Part shown: piece by piece, positions 9,709 to 19,281 of the stretch | Layout of the letters: the number at the start of each line of letters is the position of its first letter | How positions within the stretch are numbered: position 1 is the first letter of the stretch | DNA from: a virus | Lineage: Duplodnaviria; Caudoviricetes | IMG/VR virus record: IMGVR_UViG_3300025389_001457 | Location: 1 to 62,859 of that record | Length of the DNA stretch: 62,859 nucleotides | Reading direction: 5' to 3' (one strand) | Translations under genes and position numbers: made by a program | The notes under the pieces: generated by a model | The model's database searches: none | The model's input: only the letters and a program-made list of their open reading frames with translations | Told to the model about the DNA's origin: nothing

Positions 9709-10839
9709 ATGAATAGTTTTCCACTCTTTGATAACTTAAACATTACTGAATACCCAATGGTGTATGGCTATTACACCTTGGGTATTTTTCTGCAACACAG
9801 ACAAGATATAGAACCAATCTATATTAGAATGAATGCAAATAATGCTGGTTATTGTGGGCATGATGAAGAAAATTATGATTGGTTAGAGCCACAAATTAAT
9901 GCTGCATTGGCTAATGGAAAAATAGTTTGTTTGATTGTATGGGATGAAAATGTTATTTTTCTGCGCAATCGCCAACTTGAACAAATCTGTAACAAATATG
10001 CAGATGATCGTTTTTATTTGATAACACAAATTGAAGAACCTGCAAACGATGTGTATAAGGTTCCGCATAAGTGGCAAGGATATCACTTACTCAAATGCAA
10101 AATTATAGAATTGCCATGGTGGTTATTAAATGATTGTTTAACATATTATCGAGTTGCCGACCGCACACCGCACACTTATACATACTCTCAGAAAAATTAT
10201 CTTTCAATGGTAGGCAATGCATGGTATGAACATAAGTTTAATCTTCTGCGGCAGCTTGTAAAGTATAATTTACAAAATTATGGTATTTTGACCGCTCAAC
10301 AGCAAAGCGATATTCCAGAAGATTTAGTAAATTATTGCATTCCAAATGAAGCACCGCCATATCAAAATTGTAATCCTCAATATGCAAAGATGGCAGCGCA
10401 GGTAATGGTAGGTGATACTTGGATTAGTAAGAATGTAGAAAACTACATGTATATACAAAATAGATATAGTGATGTTCCGCTTATCATGAATAGTGAAACA
10501 GTTATGATAAAATTATTTGCTACAGAAAAAAGCATTTGGCCAATTCTGTTAGGCAAATTATTTTTAACATATGGCAGACCACGCATTATGCAATATGTAC
10601 AACGTTTTTACGATGTAGATATATCAAGCTATGCTAATTTAGATTTTGATGCGGTTGAAGGCTATTCATATGAAAGTCAAATATTACGAGCAATGACCAT
10701 GATTGAAAAGAATCATAATTTGATTAGAGATTGTAGTGGTATGCATGCATCGCTACAGCCGCAATTAGAAGCAGCGCGTTGGACATTTGGTAAAAACATG
10801 TATAATTATTTTGTTAGCCAAATTGAAAAAATTGTTTGA
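9709..10839 (+). CDS. 'E...TEK' family putative glycosyltransferase-like protein
   Basis: SETV...FATEKSIWP..LGK.F; AT-rich. Confidence 0.5.
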   Translation: MNSFPLFDNLNITEYPMVYGYYTLGIFLQHRQDIEPIYIRMNANNAGYCGHDEENYDWLEPQINAALANGKIVCLIVWDENVIFLRNRQLEQICNKYADDRFYLITQIEEPANDVYKVPHKWQGYHLLKCKIIELPWWLLNDCLTYYRVADRTPHTYTYSQKNYLSMVGNAWYEHKFNLLRQLVKYNLQNYGILTAQQQSDIPEDLVNYCIPNEAPPYQNCNPQYAKMAAQVMVGDTWISKNVENYMYIQNRYSDVPLIMNSETVMIKLFATEKSIWPILLGKLFLTYGRPRIMQYVQRFYDVDISSYANLDFDAVEGYSYESQILRAMTMIEKNHNLIRDCSGMHASLQPQLEAARWTFGKNMYNYFVSQIEKIV

Positions 10840-10872
10840 CAAAAATGCAATAATAGAATAAATTATAACAAT

Positions 10873-10948
10873 GGGCGGTTAGCTTAGCGACTAAAGCCGG
10901 TTCCTCATAAGAATTTGATCGGGGGTTTGAGTCCCTCACTGCCCACCA
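10873..10948 (+). tRNA. tRNA with CAT anticodon (probably Ile2, otherwise elongator Met)
   Basis: Full cloverleaf, paired G1-C72, C4-G69, encoded CCA; A19/U56 in place of G19/C56. Confidence 0.9.
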
Positions 10949-10966
10949 TTTTTTGAAAGAAATTAG

Positions 10967-11260
10967 ATGACAGAATATATTGAGTTTAATACGGAAGTTC
11001 AACCAAGCATTGATATGATACGCAGTATGTTACACGATAACGTATGCGAAGTAACTTTTACTAAAGTAAATGGTGATTTACGCACGATGCCTTGTACGCT
11101 TAAACCTGATATGTTGCCACCTATAGTAGTCAATGAATCGCAAGAAATTGAAACACCAAAGCGCAAGGCAAGTGATAAATCACTTGCAGTGTGGGTCACT
11201 GATATTAATGAATGGCGTTCGTTTCGTATTGACAGCATACATAGTATTAGTGTAAAATAA
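10967..11260 (+). CDS. WYL-like/SH3-fold phage protein
   Basis: VTFTKVNG..R.M.CTL...WRSFR. Confidence 0.7.
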   Translation: MTEYIEFNTEVQPSIDMIRSMLHDNVCEVTFTKVNGDLRTMPCTLKPDMLPPIVVNESQEIETPKRKASDKSLAVWVTDINEWRSFRIDSIHSISVK

Positions 11261-11267
11261 AGATAAT

Positions 11268-11350
11268 GCGCTCTTGGTGGAATAGGTAGACACAAGAGAC
11301 TTAAAATCTCTCGCTTCGGCGTACCAGTTCGATTCTGGTAGAGCGCACCA
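11268..11350 (+). tRNA. tRNA-Leu(TAA)
   Basis: Cloverleaf with long variable arm, AGAGA-CTTAAAA-TCTCT, CCA end. Confidence 0.95.
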
Positions 11351-11364
11351 ACTATAAGTAACAC

Positions 11365-12003
11365 ATGCAAAAAACGCTAAACATTATTGTTTATAAACCT
11401 GGTTATGGCGGAACATTTATAAGTTTTTTGCTTTCACTTAATTCGCTATCATATCATATTATTCCACGATTTGATGACAATCATGATTTTAGCGAAAACG
11501 ATCATGAAAAACTTTATTCTTATAAAAATATTAGGCAACGTTATGGCAGTTGGCGCAATCATCATGATGCATATGCTATTCACAATCTACAGCACATAAA
11601 AGCATTTGCCAATAATACACAATATCCAATTTATAATTGGGCAATACATCCTAGAGTTTTTTATAGCAAGAAATTAAAGATAAAAATTTTTCGTGAATGG
11701 CAAGTAAATTATCTTCACGTTAAACTAAGCCCGCATCTTGAATATATTAATGATGCATTTAAAGCAGCCAATGGTGGATTTCCACAGCTATTAGACGGCG
11801 AAGACCAACAAGACAATCATTATGTTCGTGATTATAGTCCATATGAAATAAACTTTGATAACTTTATATTAGGTGAAGAAAGTTTTATTAGCGAATACCA
11901 AAATGTTTGCAATCATCTACAACTTCCGTTAAATTTAGATACTGCATTAGAACTATACCGTGATTGGTATGTGGAGAGAAAATTTGCAGAATTTATCAGA
12001 TAA
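11365..12003 (+). CDS. hypothetical protein, sulfotransferase-like P-loop start
   Basis: YKPGYGGTFI, similar to 24114; AT-rich. Confidence 0.45.
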   Translation: MQKTLNIIVYKPGYGGTFISFLLSLNSLSYHIIPRFDDNHDFSENDHEKLYSYKNIRQRYGSWRNHHDAYAIHNLQHIKAFANNTQYPIYNWAIHPRVFYSKKLKIKIFREWQVNYLHVKLSPHLEYINDAFKAANGGFPQLLDGEDQQDNHYVRDYSPYEINFDNFILGEESFISEYQNVCNHLQLPLNLDTALELYRDWYVERKFAEFIR

Positions 12004-12250
12004 CCAAACTTATAAAATTGACATCACGCTGCCCGCTACTCATGCTGCTTTTTCTAAATCATATTGGATTGACCAGATGTGCAAATGGTGTGAAGAAAAC
12101 AATGTTAAATTTGCAATAAATCAATGGCCACGTGCCAACGAAAATCATGGTTGGACAAGCCAATGGACATTTAACAACAGCGAAGATGCTGTATTATTTG
12201 CACTACGTTGGAAAGATAATGATTGGGGGATAGCATGGTTTCCAGTATAA
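11969..12250 (+). CDS. hypothetical protein (DA..F.LRW family)
   Basis: WC...W.F....DAVLFALRW. Confidence 0.55.
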   Translation: MWRENLQNLSDNQTYKIDITLPATHAAFSKSYWIDQMCKWCEENNVKFAINQWPRANENHGWTSQWTFNNSEDAVLFALRWKDNDWGIAWFPV

Positions 12251-12918
12251 AAAATATTGTAGTTATCGGCGATAGTCATCTTGCTGGCGCAGAATTAAAA
12301 TTAGAAAAAGAATCGGTTTGGACATCAATAGTAGGTAAAAAAACAGGGTTAGGTGTAAAAAATTTTTCTAAAGGCGCAACAAGCAATGAAAGAAATATGC
12401 GATTGCTGCCTGAAATATTATTAGGAAGCAAAGATTGCTTGGTCATTTATGGTTTAACAAGTTGGTTACGTAGTGAAATATTTTCTCAAAAAACATACTA
12501 TCCAGTAGGCATTAATTTTGCTAAATTATTAGAAAAAAATTTAGGACAGATACAGTCACATCACAAAAAATTAAATGATGTGTATATTGATAATTTATTG
12601 CAATCCTCTATTGATGAAATGAGCGATAATAATTATAGAATATTAAATCATTTAATCTATGTTGAAAGTTTATGCAAACGATTTGCCAACGATTATTTGT
12701 TTTTTCCAACTATGACAGGCTTAATTCCACATGATATTAAAAAGCAAAAAGTAATTTTACAAGCGTTAGATACAAACAAAATTATTAAATTTGGTAATCA
12801 TAATAATTGGCATGATTGGTGTGCATCACACTCTTTTGCTCAAGGCGCATTAGGTCATTTTTTAGAAGAAGCACATGAAAAATTTGCTGATTTGTTTATA
12901 AAGAACTACTTAAATTAA
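12235..12918 (+). CDS. SGNH/GDSL hydrolase-like protein
   Basis: IGDSH, N.S..A.SN, T...R, GH..E.AH. Confidence 0.7.
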   Translation: MVSSIKNIVVIGDSHLAGAELKLEKESVWTSIVGKKTGLGVKNFSKGATSNERNMRLLPEILLGSKDCLVIYGLTSWLRSEIFSQKTYYPVGINFAKLLEKNLGQIQSHHKKLNDVYIDNLLQSSIDEMSDNNYRILNHLIYVESLCKRFANDYLFFPTMTGLIPHDIKKQKVILQALDTNKIIKFGNHNNWHDWCASHSFAQGALGHFLEEAHEKFADLFIKNYLN

Positions 12919-13799
12919 TCAGTAATGTGACCTAAATTCGTAGGTATGCTTGGATCATCTTCGCCAGTGCGCAACACACGATTGGTAAGCAATTCAACCC
13001 ACATCTTGTTATCCTTTGCGCCATTAAGTTTCCAGAAGTTAAACTTAATATTGCTTTGAATAGGACGCACAAACATTGTTAGGTCTTTTGGCACTAGCAT
13101 AAGTTGTGCAGTGGTACGCATCATCTTCTTTTCATCACTGAGACGCATTGCATTTAGTTGCCAATTATCAACATATTTCTTGGTTAGCCAATCAATAAGT
13201 TGTGCTGGTGTCTCTGCGCTATCAACAACATGCTGTGCAATAAGCAAACGACTGCGGCTACTAATAGCACTCATGCTTTCGCTATCATCTGCGCCATATT
13301 GATAACCTGCCCACTTTAACCATACACCATGGTTTGTACGAGCAACAGTTGTGTCTTGGTCAATTTTTTCAATCTTGTATTTGTAGTCTTTATCTTCATA
13401 ACCGCCAGGTGCCCAAGCACCTTCAAGTAGATAACATTCTTCGCGATTAAAAATAAGAGTACAGCCTGGTAGCTTTTGTTTAATTAAACTCATGCATACT
13501 GCTTTAATATCAGTAAGAGTTAGTGCTTTTTTAATTTTGATACCATCTTTACTTGGAGTCTTTGTGCGAACAGTAATTTCTTTTTCATCGTCCAACACCA
13601 TAAGCGATGCAGAGAGAATACAAATACCGCTATCATTCATGCCTTCGCAGTATTGTGTAATATCATCCCAAAAGTAAAGAGTTTCGGTGTTTTTATTTTT
13701 CTTTTTACGGAATGATAGATCAGGCACATAGTTGCGGTCACGATTTTTAACCCCAACCCAGCCAGTTCCTTCAAAATATTTTGCAATTACAACGCACAT
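12915..13799 (-). CDS. N-terminal-nucleophile (Cys) hydrolase/amidotransferase
   Basis: MCVV..., KNRDR, EGMND.G, RTNHG, SS.SR; ATAAATA 5 nt before the ATG. Confidence 0.7.
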   Translation of the reverse strand: MCVVIAKYFEGTGWVGVKNRDRNYVPDLSFRKKKNKNTETLYFWDDITQYCEGMNDSGICILSASLMVLDDEKEITVRTKTPSKDGIKIKKALTLTDIKAVCMSLIKQKLPGCTLIFNREECYLLEGAWAPGGYEDKDYKYKIEKIDQDTTVARTNHGVWLKWAGYQYGADDSESMSAISSRSRLLIAQHVVDSAETPAQLIDWLTKKYVDNWQLNAMRLSDEKKMMRTTAQLMLVPKDLTMFVRPIQSNIKFNFWKLNGAKDNKMWVELLTNRVLRTGEDDPSIPTNLGHITD

Positions 13800-13863
13800 G
13801 TAAGTATTTATGTGACATATTGTGAATGGTAAATAGTCGTATAACCCAAAAGGAAAACTCATA

Positions 13864-14478
13864 ATGGCAAGCATTGACCAACTAAAAGAAATTTTTCATG
13901 GTGCAAAAGAAGAGAATCTAGACAAGTTTTGTGATGCACTCAATGAAGCAATGAACGAATTTGAAATCAATACAACTGCACGTGAAGCAATGTTCCTTGC
14001 ACAGTGTGGTCACGAAAGTGGCATGTTTAGTGCAGTAAGTGAAAACTTAAACTATAAAGCAGAAACTCTCGTAAAAGTATTTCCAAAGTATTTCCATGAT
14101 GTTGATCCTAATGACTTTGCAAAGCAACCAGAAAAGATTGCTAATCGTGTTTATGCATCACGCATGGGTAATGGTGATGAAGGCAGCGGTGATGGTTATC
14201 GCTATCGTGGGCGTGGTCTAATTCAATTGACTGGTAAGAGTAACTATGAGCGTTGTGGCGCAGCATTAGGTAAAGACCTAACAAGCGATAGTGATTATCT
14301 ATCAACGCCAGAAGGCGCTGCTCGCAGTGCTGCTTGGTTCTTCCAAGAAAACGGCTGCAACGAAGCTGCTGACGCTGGCGATTGTGTAAAAGCTACTAAG
14401 ATCATCAATGGTGGCACAATTGGTTTAGAAGAGCGTGAAGCACTATATAAGAAGGCATCGGAAGTACTAGGTGGCTAA
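13864..14478 (+). CDS. glycoside hydrolase family 19 endolysin
   Basis: FLAQCGHES, ENLNY, YRGRGLIQLTGK.NY, INGG..GL..R. Confidence 0.92.
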   Translation: MASIDQLKEIFHGAKEENLDKFCDALNEAMNEFEINTTAREAMFLAQCGHESGMFSAVSENLNYKAETLVKVFPKYFHDVDPNDFAKQPEKIANRVYASRMGNGDEGSGDGYRYRGRGLIQLTGKSNYERCGAALGKDLTSDSDYLSTPEGAARSAAWFFQENGCNEAADAGDCVKATKIINGGTIGLEEREALYKKASEVLGG

Positions 14479-15284
14479 TGCCATTATTAATTAGTGGCGG
14501 CGATTCTTTTACGTGGGGCAGCGAACTAGGAGACGAAAATGATAAGTCTCCTAGTAAATTTACATGGAGCGCATTGTTAGCAAACAAACTTGGTTATGAT
14601 TATAAATGTGTGGCAAAACCAGGTTGCGCAAATAATACTATTACTCGCAGAGTGCTACAAGCTGTAGGTGAAGCTGATACACAAGATTTATTTGTAGCTG
14701 TTATGTGGACTTATACACATCGCAGCGAAATCAGATTGCGCAATGCGCATCCATACAATACTATAGTTCATGATTCACGCCTTGCAAATCAATTTGGCAT
14801 TGATGATTACTATATTAATTTTAATGCATGGCATGGATTATCACTTGATGAAAAATTAAGTTTTTTTCCTAATGGATTAAGCGATGGTCAGCGTAAATTT
14901 TTTAGTGAGCAGCATAACAAGCTTACAGAAATAGGCGTGACGCAAGCGGCTGATCAATTTTACAAAATAACAGGCGATCCGATTAGCCATCATATCGCCA
15001 CAGCAAAAGAAATTATACTGCTGCAATTATTTTTAAGTAGCAAAAACATACCATATTTCTTTTGTTGCGCTACTAACGAATTATATGATGCTCAACCACA
15101 AGAAGTGTTAAGCAATGCATGTTATCAAAACATTGATTGGAATCACTGGAAAGTTGGTGTTGGTTTTCATAATTGGTCACAGCAAAATAACTATGCTATA
15201 AGTGGAAATCATCCTGGCAAAGAAGCACATAGCGATTGGTTAGATTTATGCTACCCACAAATAAGCACATGTTTAAAAAATTAA
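14478..15284 (+). CDS. SGNH/GDSL hydrolase-like protein
   Basis: GGDSFTWG, A.PG..N, WT...R, NHP...AH. Confidence 0.75.
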   Translation: MPLLISGGDSFTWGSELGDENDKSPSKFTWSALLANKLGYDYKCVAKPGCANNTITRRVLQAVGEADTQDLFVAVMWTYTHRSEIRLRNAHPYNTIVHDSRLANQFGIDDYYINFNAWHGLSLDEKLSFFPNGLSDGQRKFFSEQHNKLTEIGVTQAADQFYKITGDPISHHIATAKEIILLQLFLSSKNIPYFFCCATNELYDAQPQEVLSNACYQNIDWNHWKVGVGFHNWSQQNNYAISGNHPGKEAHSDWLDLCYPQISTCLKN

Positions 15285-15856
15285 TTTGCAGCGGCGATAG
15301 TTTTAGCAGTGGTTATGGATTACGTGATGCACAATACTCATGGCCGCATTTGCTTGGACAAAAATTGCAACTGCCTGTTATAAACCTTGCTCGCGAAGGC
15401 ATGGGCAATGAATATATTTTCCATTCAATTATAGAAGAAAATTTACAAGATTGTTTAGTCATACTTGGTTTAACTGCGTATAGTAGAATCGAATTTATAA
15501 ATGCTGCAACTAAAAAAATATTTACTACTATTCCCAATCGTCGCGGCACTACACAATTTGATGAACTATTTTGGAAATATTATTATTCTGACGATTATTA
15601 TTTCAACAAGTTTTGTAAGCAATGGATGATGTTTGATGCTTATATGAGTCAAAGAAATGCACAATATTATATGTTTGACGCATTGCCTGTAGCAAGAACT
15701 ATGCCAGTGATACCGCACAACTATCTATGGCATGGTGATGAAAATATGTGCAGTATTACCTACCCACACAAGCTTACGGATGGTCACCCTACCGAAATTG
15801 CCCATGAAATAATGGCAGAAAAATTATCAAAAATAATGCTTGACAAAACTGGATAA
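15269..15856 (+). CDS. SGNH/GDSL hydrolase-like protein
   Basis: GDSFS.G, NLA..G.GN, T...R.E, DGHP...AH. Confidence 0.75.
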   Translation: MFKKLICSGDSFSSGYGLRDAQYSWPHLLGQKLQLPVINLAREGMGNEYIFHSIIEENLQDCLVILGLTAYSRIEFINAATKKIFTTIPNRRGTTQFDELFWKYYYSDDYYFNKFCKQWMMFDAYMSQRNAQYYMFDALPVARTMPVIPHNYLWHGDENMCSITYPHKLTDGHPTEIAHEIMAEKLSKIMLDKTG

Positions 15857-15885
15857 TATAAGTATATTAAGAATATAAGAGAAGT

Positions 15886-15961
15886 GGGCGGTTGGCACAG
15901 TGGTTAGCGCATCTCGTTTACACCGAGAGGGTCCGGGGTTCGAATCCCTGACTGCCCACCA
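15886..15961 (+). tRNA. tRNA-Val(TAC)
   Basis: Canonical cloverleaf, TCTCG-TTTACAC-CGAGA, CCA. Confidence 0.95.
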
Positions 15962-15972
15962 TTCTTATATAC

Positions 15973-16063
15973 GGTGAGGTGCCTGAGAGGCCGAAAGGAG
16001 CGGTTTGCTAAACCGTCGTACCCCACAAGGGTACCCAGGGTTCGAATCCCTGTCTCACCGCCA
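15973..16063 (+). tRNA. tRNA-Ser(GCT)
   Basis: Long variable arm, GCGGT-TTGCTAA-ACCGT, G73, CCA. Confidence 0.95.
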
Positions 16064-16080
16064 TTATTTTTGGATGCGGC

Positions 16081-16470
16081 ATGAAAGTATTATTTCTTGT
16101 AGAAGATATGGAATGTGCTGCACCACTGCATGCGTTAGGCGATGTAAAAATCATAACTGAAACTGAAATTACTAAAGATACGCCGTATGAAGATAGTAGC
16201 ACTAAAGTAGGTTATAGTCAATATGTTGTAAGTCGTGCTGGTAACTTAGCTAAAATTTATAATTTTAAACCACCGCTTGCTATTGTAATGCAACAGGATC
16301 ATCAAACAGCAATTAGTAACATTGTTCATGACAAGAGTGTGCGGATAGTCCATAGCATAATTCCACGGCGATTAACTCAAAGTGTTACATACAAATGTGA
16401 TTATACATTTTTATCAAGTGAAGTATCGCAAGATGTTTTGCGTGATATATTTGAACAAGTGGTCTCGTAG
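16081..16470 (+). CDS. hypothetical protein
   Basis: 129-aa ORF filling the gap between tRNAs; its stop codon lies inside tRNA-Arg. Confidence 0.55.
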   Translation: MKVLFLVEDMECAAPLHALGDVKIITETEITKDTPYEDSSTKVGYSQYVVSRAGNLAKIYNFKPPLAIVMQQDHQTAISNIVHDKSVRIVHSIIPRRLTQSVTYKCDYTFLSSEVSQDVLRDIFEQVVS

Positions 16471-16537
16471 CTTAACTGTATAGAGCAAGTGGCTTCTACC
16501 CACTAGGTTGCAGGTTAGAGTCCTGCCGAGATCGCCA
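16461..16537 (+). tRNA. tRNA-Arg(TCT)
   Basis: Cloverleaf, AGTGG-CTTCTAC-CCACT, A20 identity base, CCA; U19/A56 in place of G19/C56. Confidence 0.92.
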
Positions 16538-16538
16538 A

Positions 16539-17534
16539 TTACTCACGCTGTGGAAAATAATCTTGTTGCACACCTTCACGATCTATATCACTGGTGATAC
16601 AGTGTAAGCCGCCATCCCAAAAATAACGATGGCGAAAATTTATGATATGTGGCGTAATTCCATAGCGTTCAAATACATCAAATACAGTTTTGTTATAATT
16701 GTTACAAACTACATTTTTCTCATCAATGACGAGCATATTAACATCAAAAACTGTTTCTTCTACATATCCAACCCAATGCCCTAACCAGTGTTCCACATAC
16801 TCAGTAAAATCATCATTAAGTTCTTCGCCACTTACCCACCACTTGCCAGCGTTTTTCTTTTTTAATTGCAAAAATGGTTGAATCGCATCCCAACTTTGAT
16901 CAGGCAAGTAAATTACTTCCCAATCAGGAAAAGTTTGAGCATATGTTTTTATTTCATCAATGGTTATAATTAAACCAGGCACAACTGGACAAAAACAACC
17001 ATCAATGTGTCCGCCTGTTGGAACAACATGACACCTATAATTTGGAAATAACATTGTTTTTTTAATTACATCAGATTTTTTTTCATCAAATGCTGTGCCA
17101 AAATATAAATCTTTTCCAACTCTAGTAATACTTGAAGCATCTATCCCTTTTTCAAAAGATATTTTGTTTTTTTGATTAGCAATAAATTTTAAAATTTCGC
17201 CATAAGAAACTTTATTTTGTACATTTGTGTTTAAGAAAAAATTATTGCCAACCATTATACTATCATCTCTTGGAGTCATTGGTGGTTTTTTATAAACACC
17301 GTTTTCTTGTTTATAGTCTTCGTTTGAATTGCTTAAGTGTGGTCTCAAAACATTTACATCAAAACTTTTTAATAGTGTAATTAATTTTTGATAATCTTCT
17401 TCTGTTTCGCTTGCAATTCGTTCCATAACATTGCGCACACGTGAATTGGTAATATAACTATAAAATTCCGGCGGATAAGAACGACCTACAATACATGTTT
17501 TTAATTTATTCCAATGTTGATGCACACTATACAT
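16539..17534 (-). CDS. amidinotransferase (glycine/inosamine-phosphate amidinotransferase-like)
   Basis: L...IVG, PRD, GHID, DVNML, GGLHCIT. Confidence 0.85.
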   Translation of the reverse strand: MYSVHQHWNKLKTCIVGRSYPPEFYSYITNSRVRNVMERIASETEEDYQKLITLLKSFDVNVLRPHLSNSNEDYKQENGVYKKPPMTPRDDSIMVGNNFFLNTNVQNKVSYGEILKFIANQKNKISFEKGIDASSITRVGKDLYFGTAFDEKKSDVIKKTMLFPNYRCHVVPTGGHIDGCFCPVVPGLIITIDEIKTYAQTFPDWEVIYLPDQSWDAIQPFLQLKKKNAGKWWVSGEELNDDFTEYVEHWLGHWVGYVEETVFDVNMLVIDEKNVVCNNYNKTVFDVFERYGITPHIINFRHRYFWDGGLHCITSDIDREGVQQDYFPQRE

Positions 17535-17589
17535 TATTGATTGACTTTCTCTACAAATATGTTATATTTAAGTCAATAAATATTTGAGC

Positions 17590-18048
17590 ATGAAAATGAA
17601 TGAGATAATCCTAGAAGCAGGCGGTCAGCCAATTTACTATTTTGCATACGGTATGCTAACCGATCCTGGTATTATGAGTGATGCTAAGTTTATTGGGCGC
17701 GGGCAGTTACAAAATTATAAGTTTGAATTTTATAAGTTTGCCGATGTTATAGAAACCGCTGGCTCGCATGTTGATGGTGTCCTATGGGAACTTCCAGATG
17801 AAGCCATGCTGCGCTATCTTGACCATATTGAAAGCTATCCAAATATGTATGGTAGGAAGATTGTCCCAATCTTTGTGGGCGGTCAAAAGTATGAAGCATG
17901 GGTTTATTATATGACGCCATCTACTCGTGAATGGGCAGGCAGAGACCGCCGCCCTAGTGATTCCTATGTTACAACCATCGTAAATGGCTATAAACATGCT
18001 GGAATTACCACAAATCAGGTCGGAAAAGCCTATAAAGAAATTGCTTGA
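17590..18048 (+). CDS. gamma-glutamylcyclotransferase (GGCT/AIG2-like) with CTS-like N-terminus
   Basis: MKMNEIILEA, YFAYG, V.GVLW, LD..E.YP..Y, PS..Y. Confidence 0.85.
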   Translation: MKMNEIILEAGGQPIYYFAYGMLTDPGIMSDAKFIGRGQLQNYKFEFYKFADVIETAGSHVDGVLWELPDEAMLRYLDHIESYPNMYGRKIVPIFVGGQKYEAWVYYMTPSTREWAGRDRRPSDSYVTTIVNGYKHAGITTNQVGKAYKEIA

Positions 18049-18072
18049 CAACCCACAAATCTGTGTTATATT
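18045..18072 (+). promoter_or_regulatory. sigma70-like promoter
   Basis: TTGACAacccacaaatctgtgtTATATT. Confidence 0.7.
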
Positions 18073-18096
18073 AGATTATAAACAGGAGTAGGACCA

Positions 18097-19281
18097 ATGC
18101 ACTACGAATTTCCCCGTATCACCCACCTTGATCAGGTTCGTCCTGCTATTGAAGGTCGTGATGAATTTATCATTGCAGAGCGTGATTGGGGCTATGTAGT
18201 CAATTACATGGTCAGCATGACCGATACCTTTCCTCCTGTTGAGACGGAGTTGGATGCGATTCGTCGTGAATGTCGTGGTATGCTGTTCCACAAGGACGGC
18301 TCTATCATGTCACGCCGACTGCACAAGTTCTTTAACATCGGTGAGCGTGATGAAACGCAGTTTGGGGCGATTGACTTCACGCAGCCACATGTTATCTTGG
18401 AAAAGTTAGACGGCTCTATGATTACGCCTGTTTCTATACCCGATGGTAGCATCCGTTGGGGGACAAAAATGGGCTTGACCGAAGTTTCCATGCAAGCAGA
18501 AGAGTTTGTTGCTCGTCATCCACAGTATGAGCAGTTTGCTCGTATGGTCATGGATAACTTGGGCTTTACTCCTATCTTTGAGTGGTGTTCTCGTAAGCAA
18601 CGTATCGTTGTGGACTATCCAGAAGATCGTCTTGTGCTGATTGCTGCTCGTAACACTATAAGCGGCAAGTATTTCAGCCTTCGTTGGTTGCAAGAATACG
18701 GCGAGATGTATGACATAGAAGTTGTAAAGACCTATGAGGGTTCTGCACAATCTATGGCACACCTTATGGATGAAACTCGTGATGCCGAAGGCATTGAGGG
18801 TTATATCATTCGCTTTGATGATGGTCACATGGTCAAGTGCAAGGGTGAATGGTATCTGCGTATCCACAAGACTAAGGACAATCTGCTTCACGAGAAGAAC
18901 ATCATTGAACTTCTTGTAGAAGAAAAGATGGATGATGCTAAGGCGTTTATGTTAGATGATGACCGCAAGCGTGTTGAAGAATTTGAAACTGACTTTTGGA
19001 TGGGTGTTGCCCAAGTCATCAAGTCATATGACCAATACTACGACACGGTTGTTGCTCATGGTCTTGACCGTAAGCGTTATGCGTTAGAGTGGATGCCTAC
19101 TATCAAGGCACAAGACCAGTTCGCACCTGGCATTGTGTTTGGTAAGTTTGATGGTAAGGATACTCGCAAGATGGTTATGGACTTGATCCGCAAGCATCTT
19201 GGTAGCCAGACTAAAGTAGATGAAGCCCGTTCACTGTGGGGTTCATTCCGTTGGACTTATCACTTTGAGGGCGATGCCTAA
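18097..19281 (+). CDS. rnlA: RNA ligase 1 (T4 RnlA-like)
   Basis: ECRG, KFFNIGE, EKLDGS, FE, EGYII, K.K..WY. Confidence 0.9.
   Translation: MHYEFPRITHLDQVRPAIEGRDEFIIAERDWGYVVNYMVSMTDTFPPVETELDAIRRECRGMLFHKDGSIMSRRLHKFFNIGERDETQFGAIDFTQPHVILEKLDGSMITPVSIPDGSIRWGTKMGLTEVSMQAEEFVARHPQYEQFARMVMDNLGFTPIFEWCSRKQRIVVDYPEDRLVLIAARNTISGKYFSLRWLQEYGEMYDIEVVKTYEGSAQSMAHLMDETRDAEGIEGYIIRFDDGHMVKCKGEWYLRIHKTKDNLLHEKNIIELLVEEKMDDAKAFMLDDDRKRVEEFETDFWMGVAQVIKSYDQYYDTVVAHGLDRKRYALEWMPTIKAQDQFAPGIVFGKFDGKDTRKMVMDLIRKHLGSQTKVDEARSLWGSFRWTYHFEGDA

Noticed and set aside
10814-11370. Minus-strand ORFs 10814-11002 and 10999-11370 (also 16008-16202)
   Set aside because: They are antisense shadows of tRNA genes.
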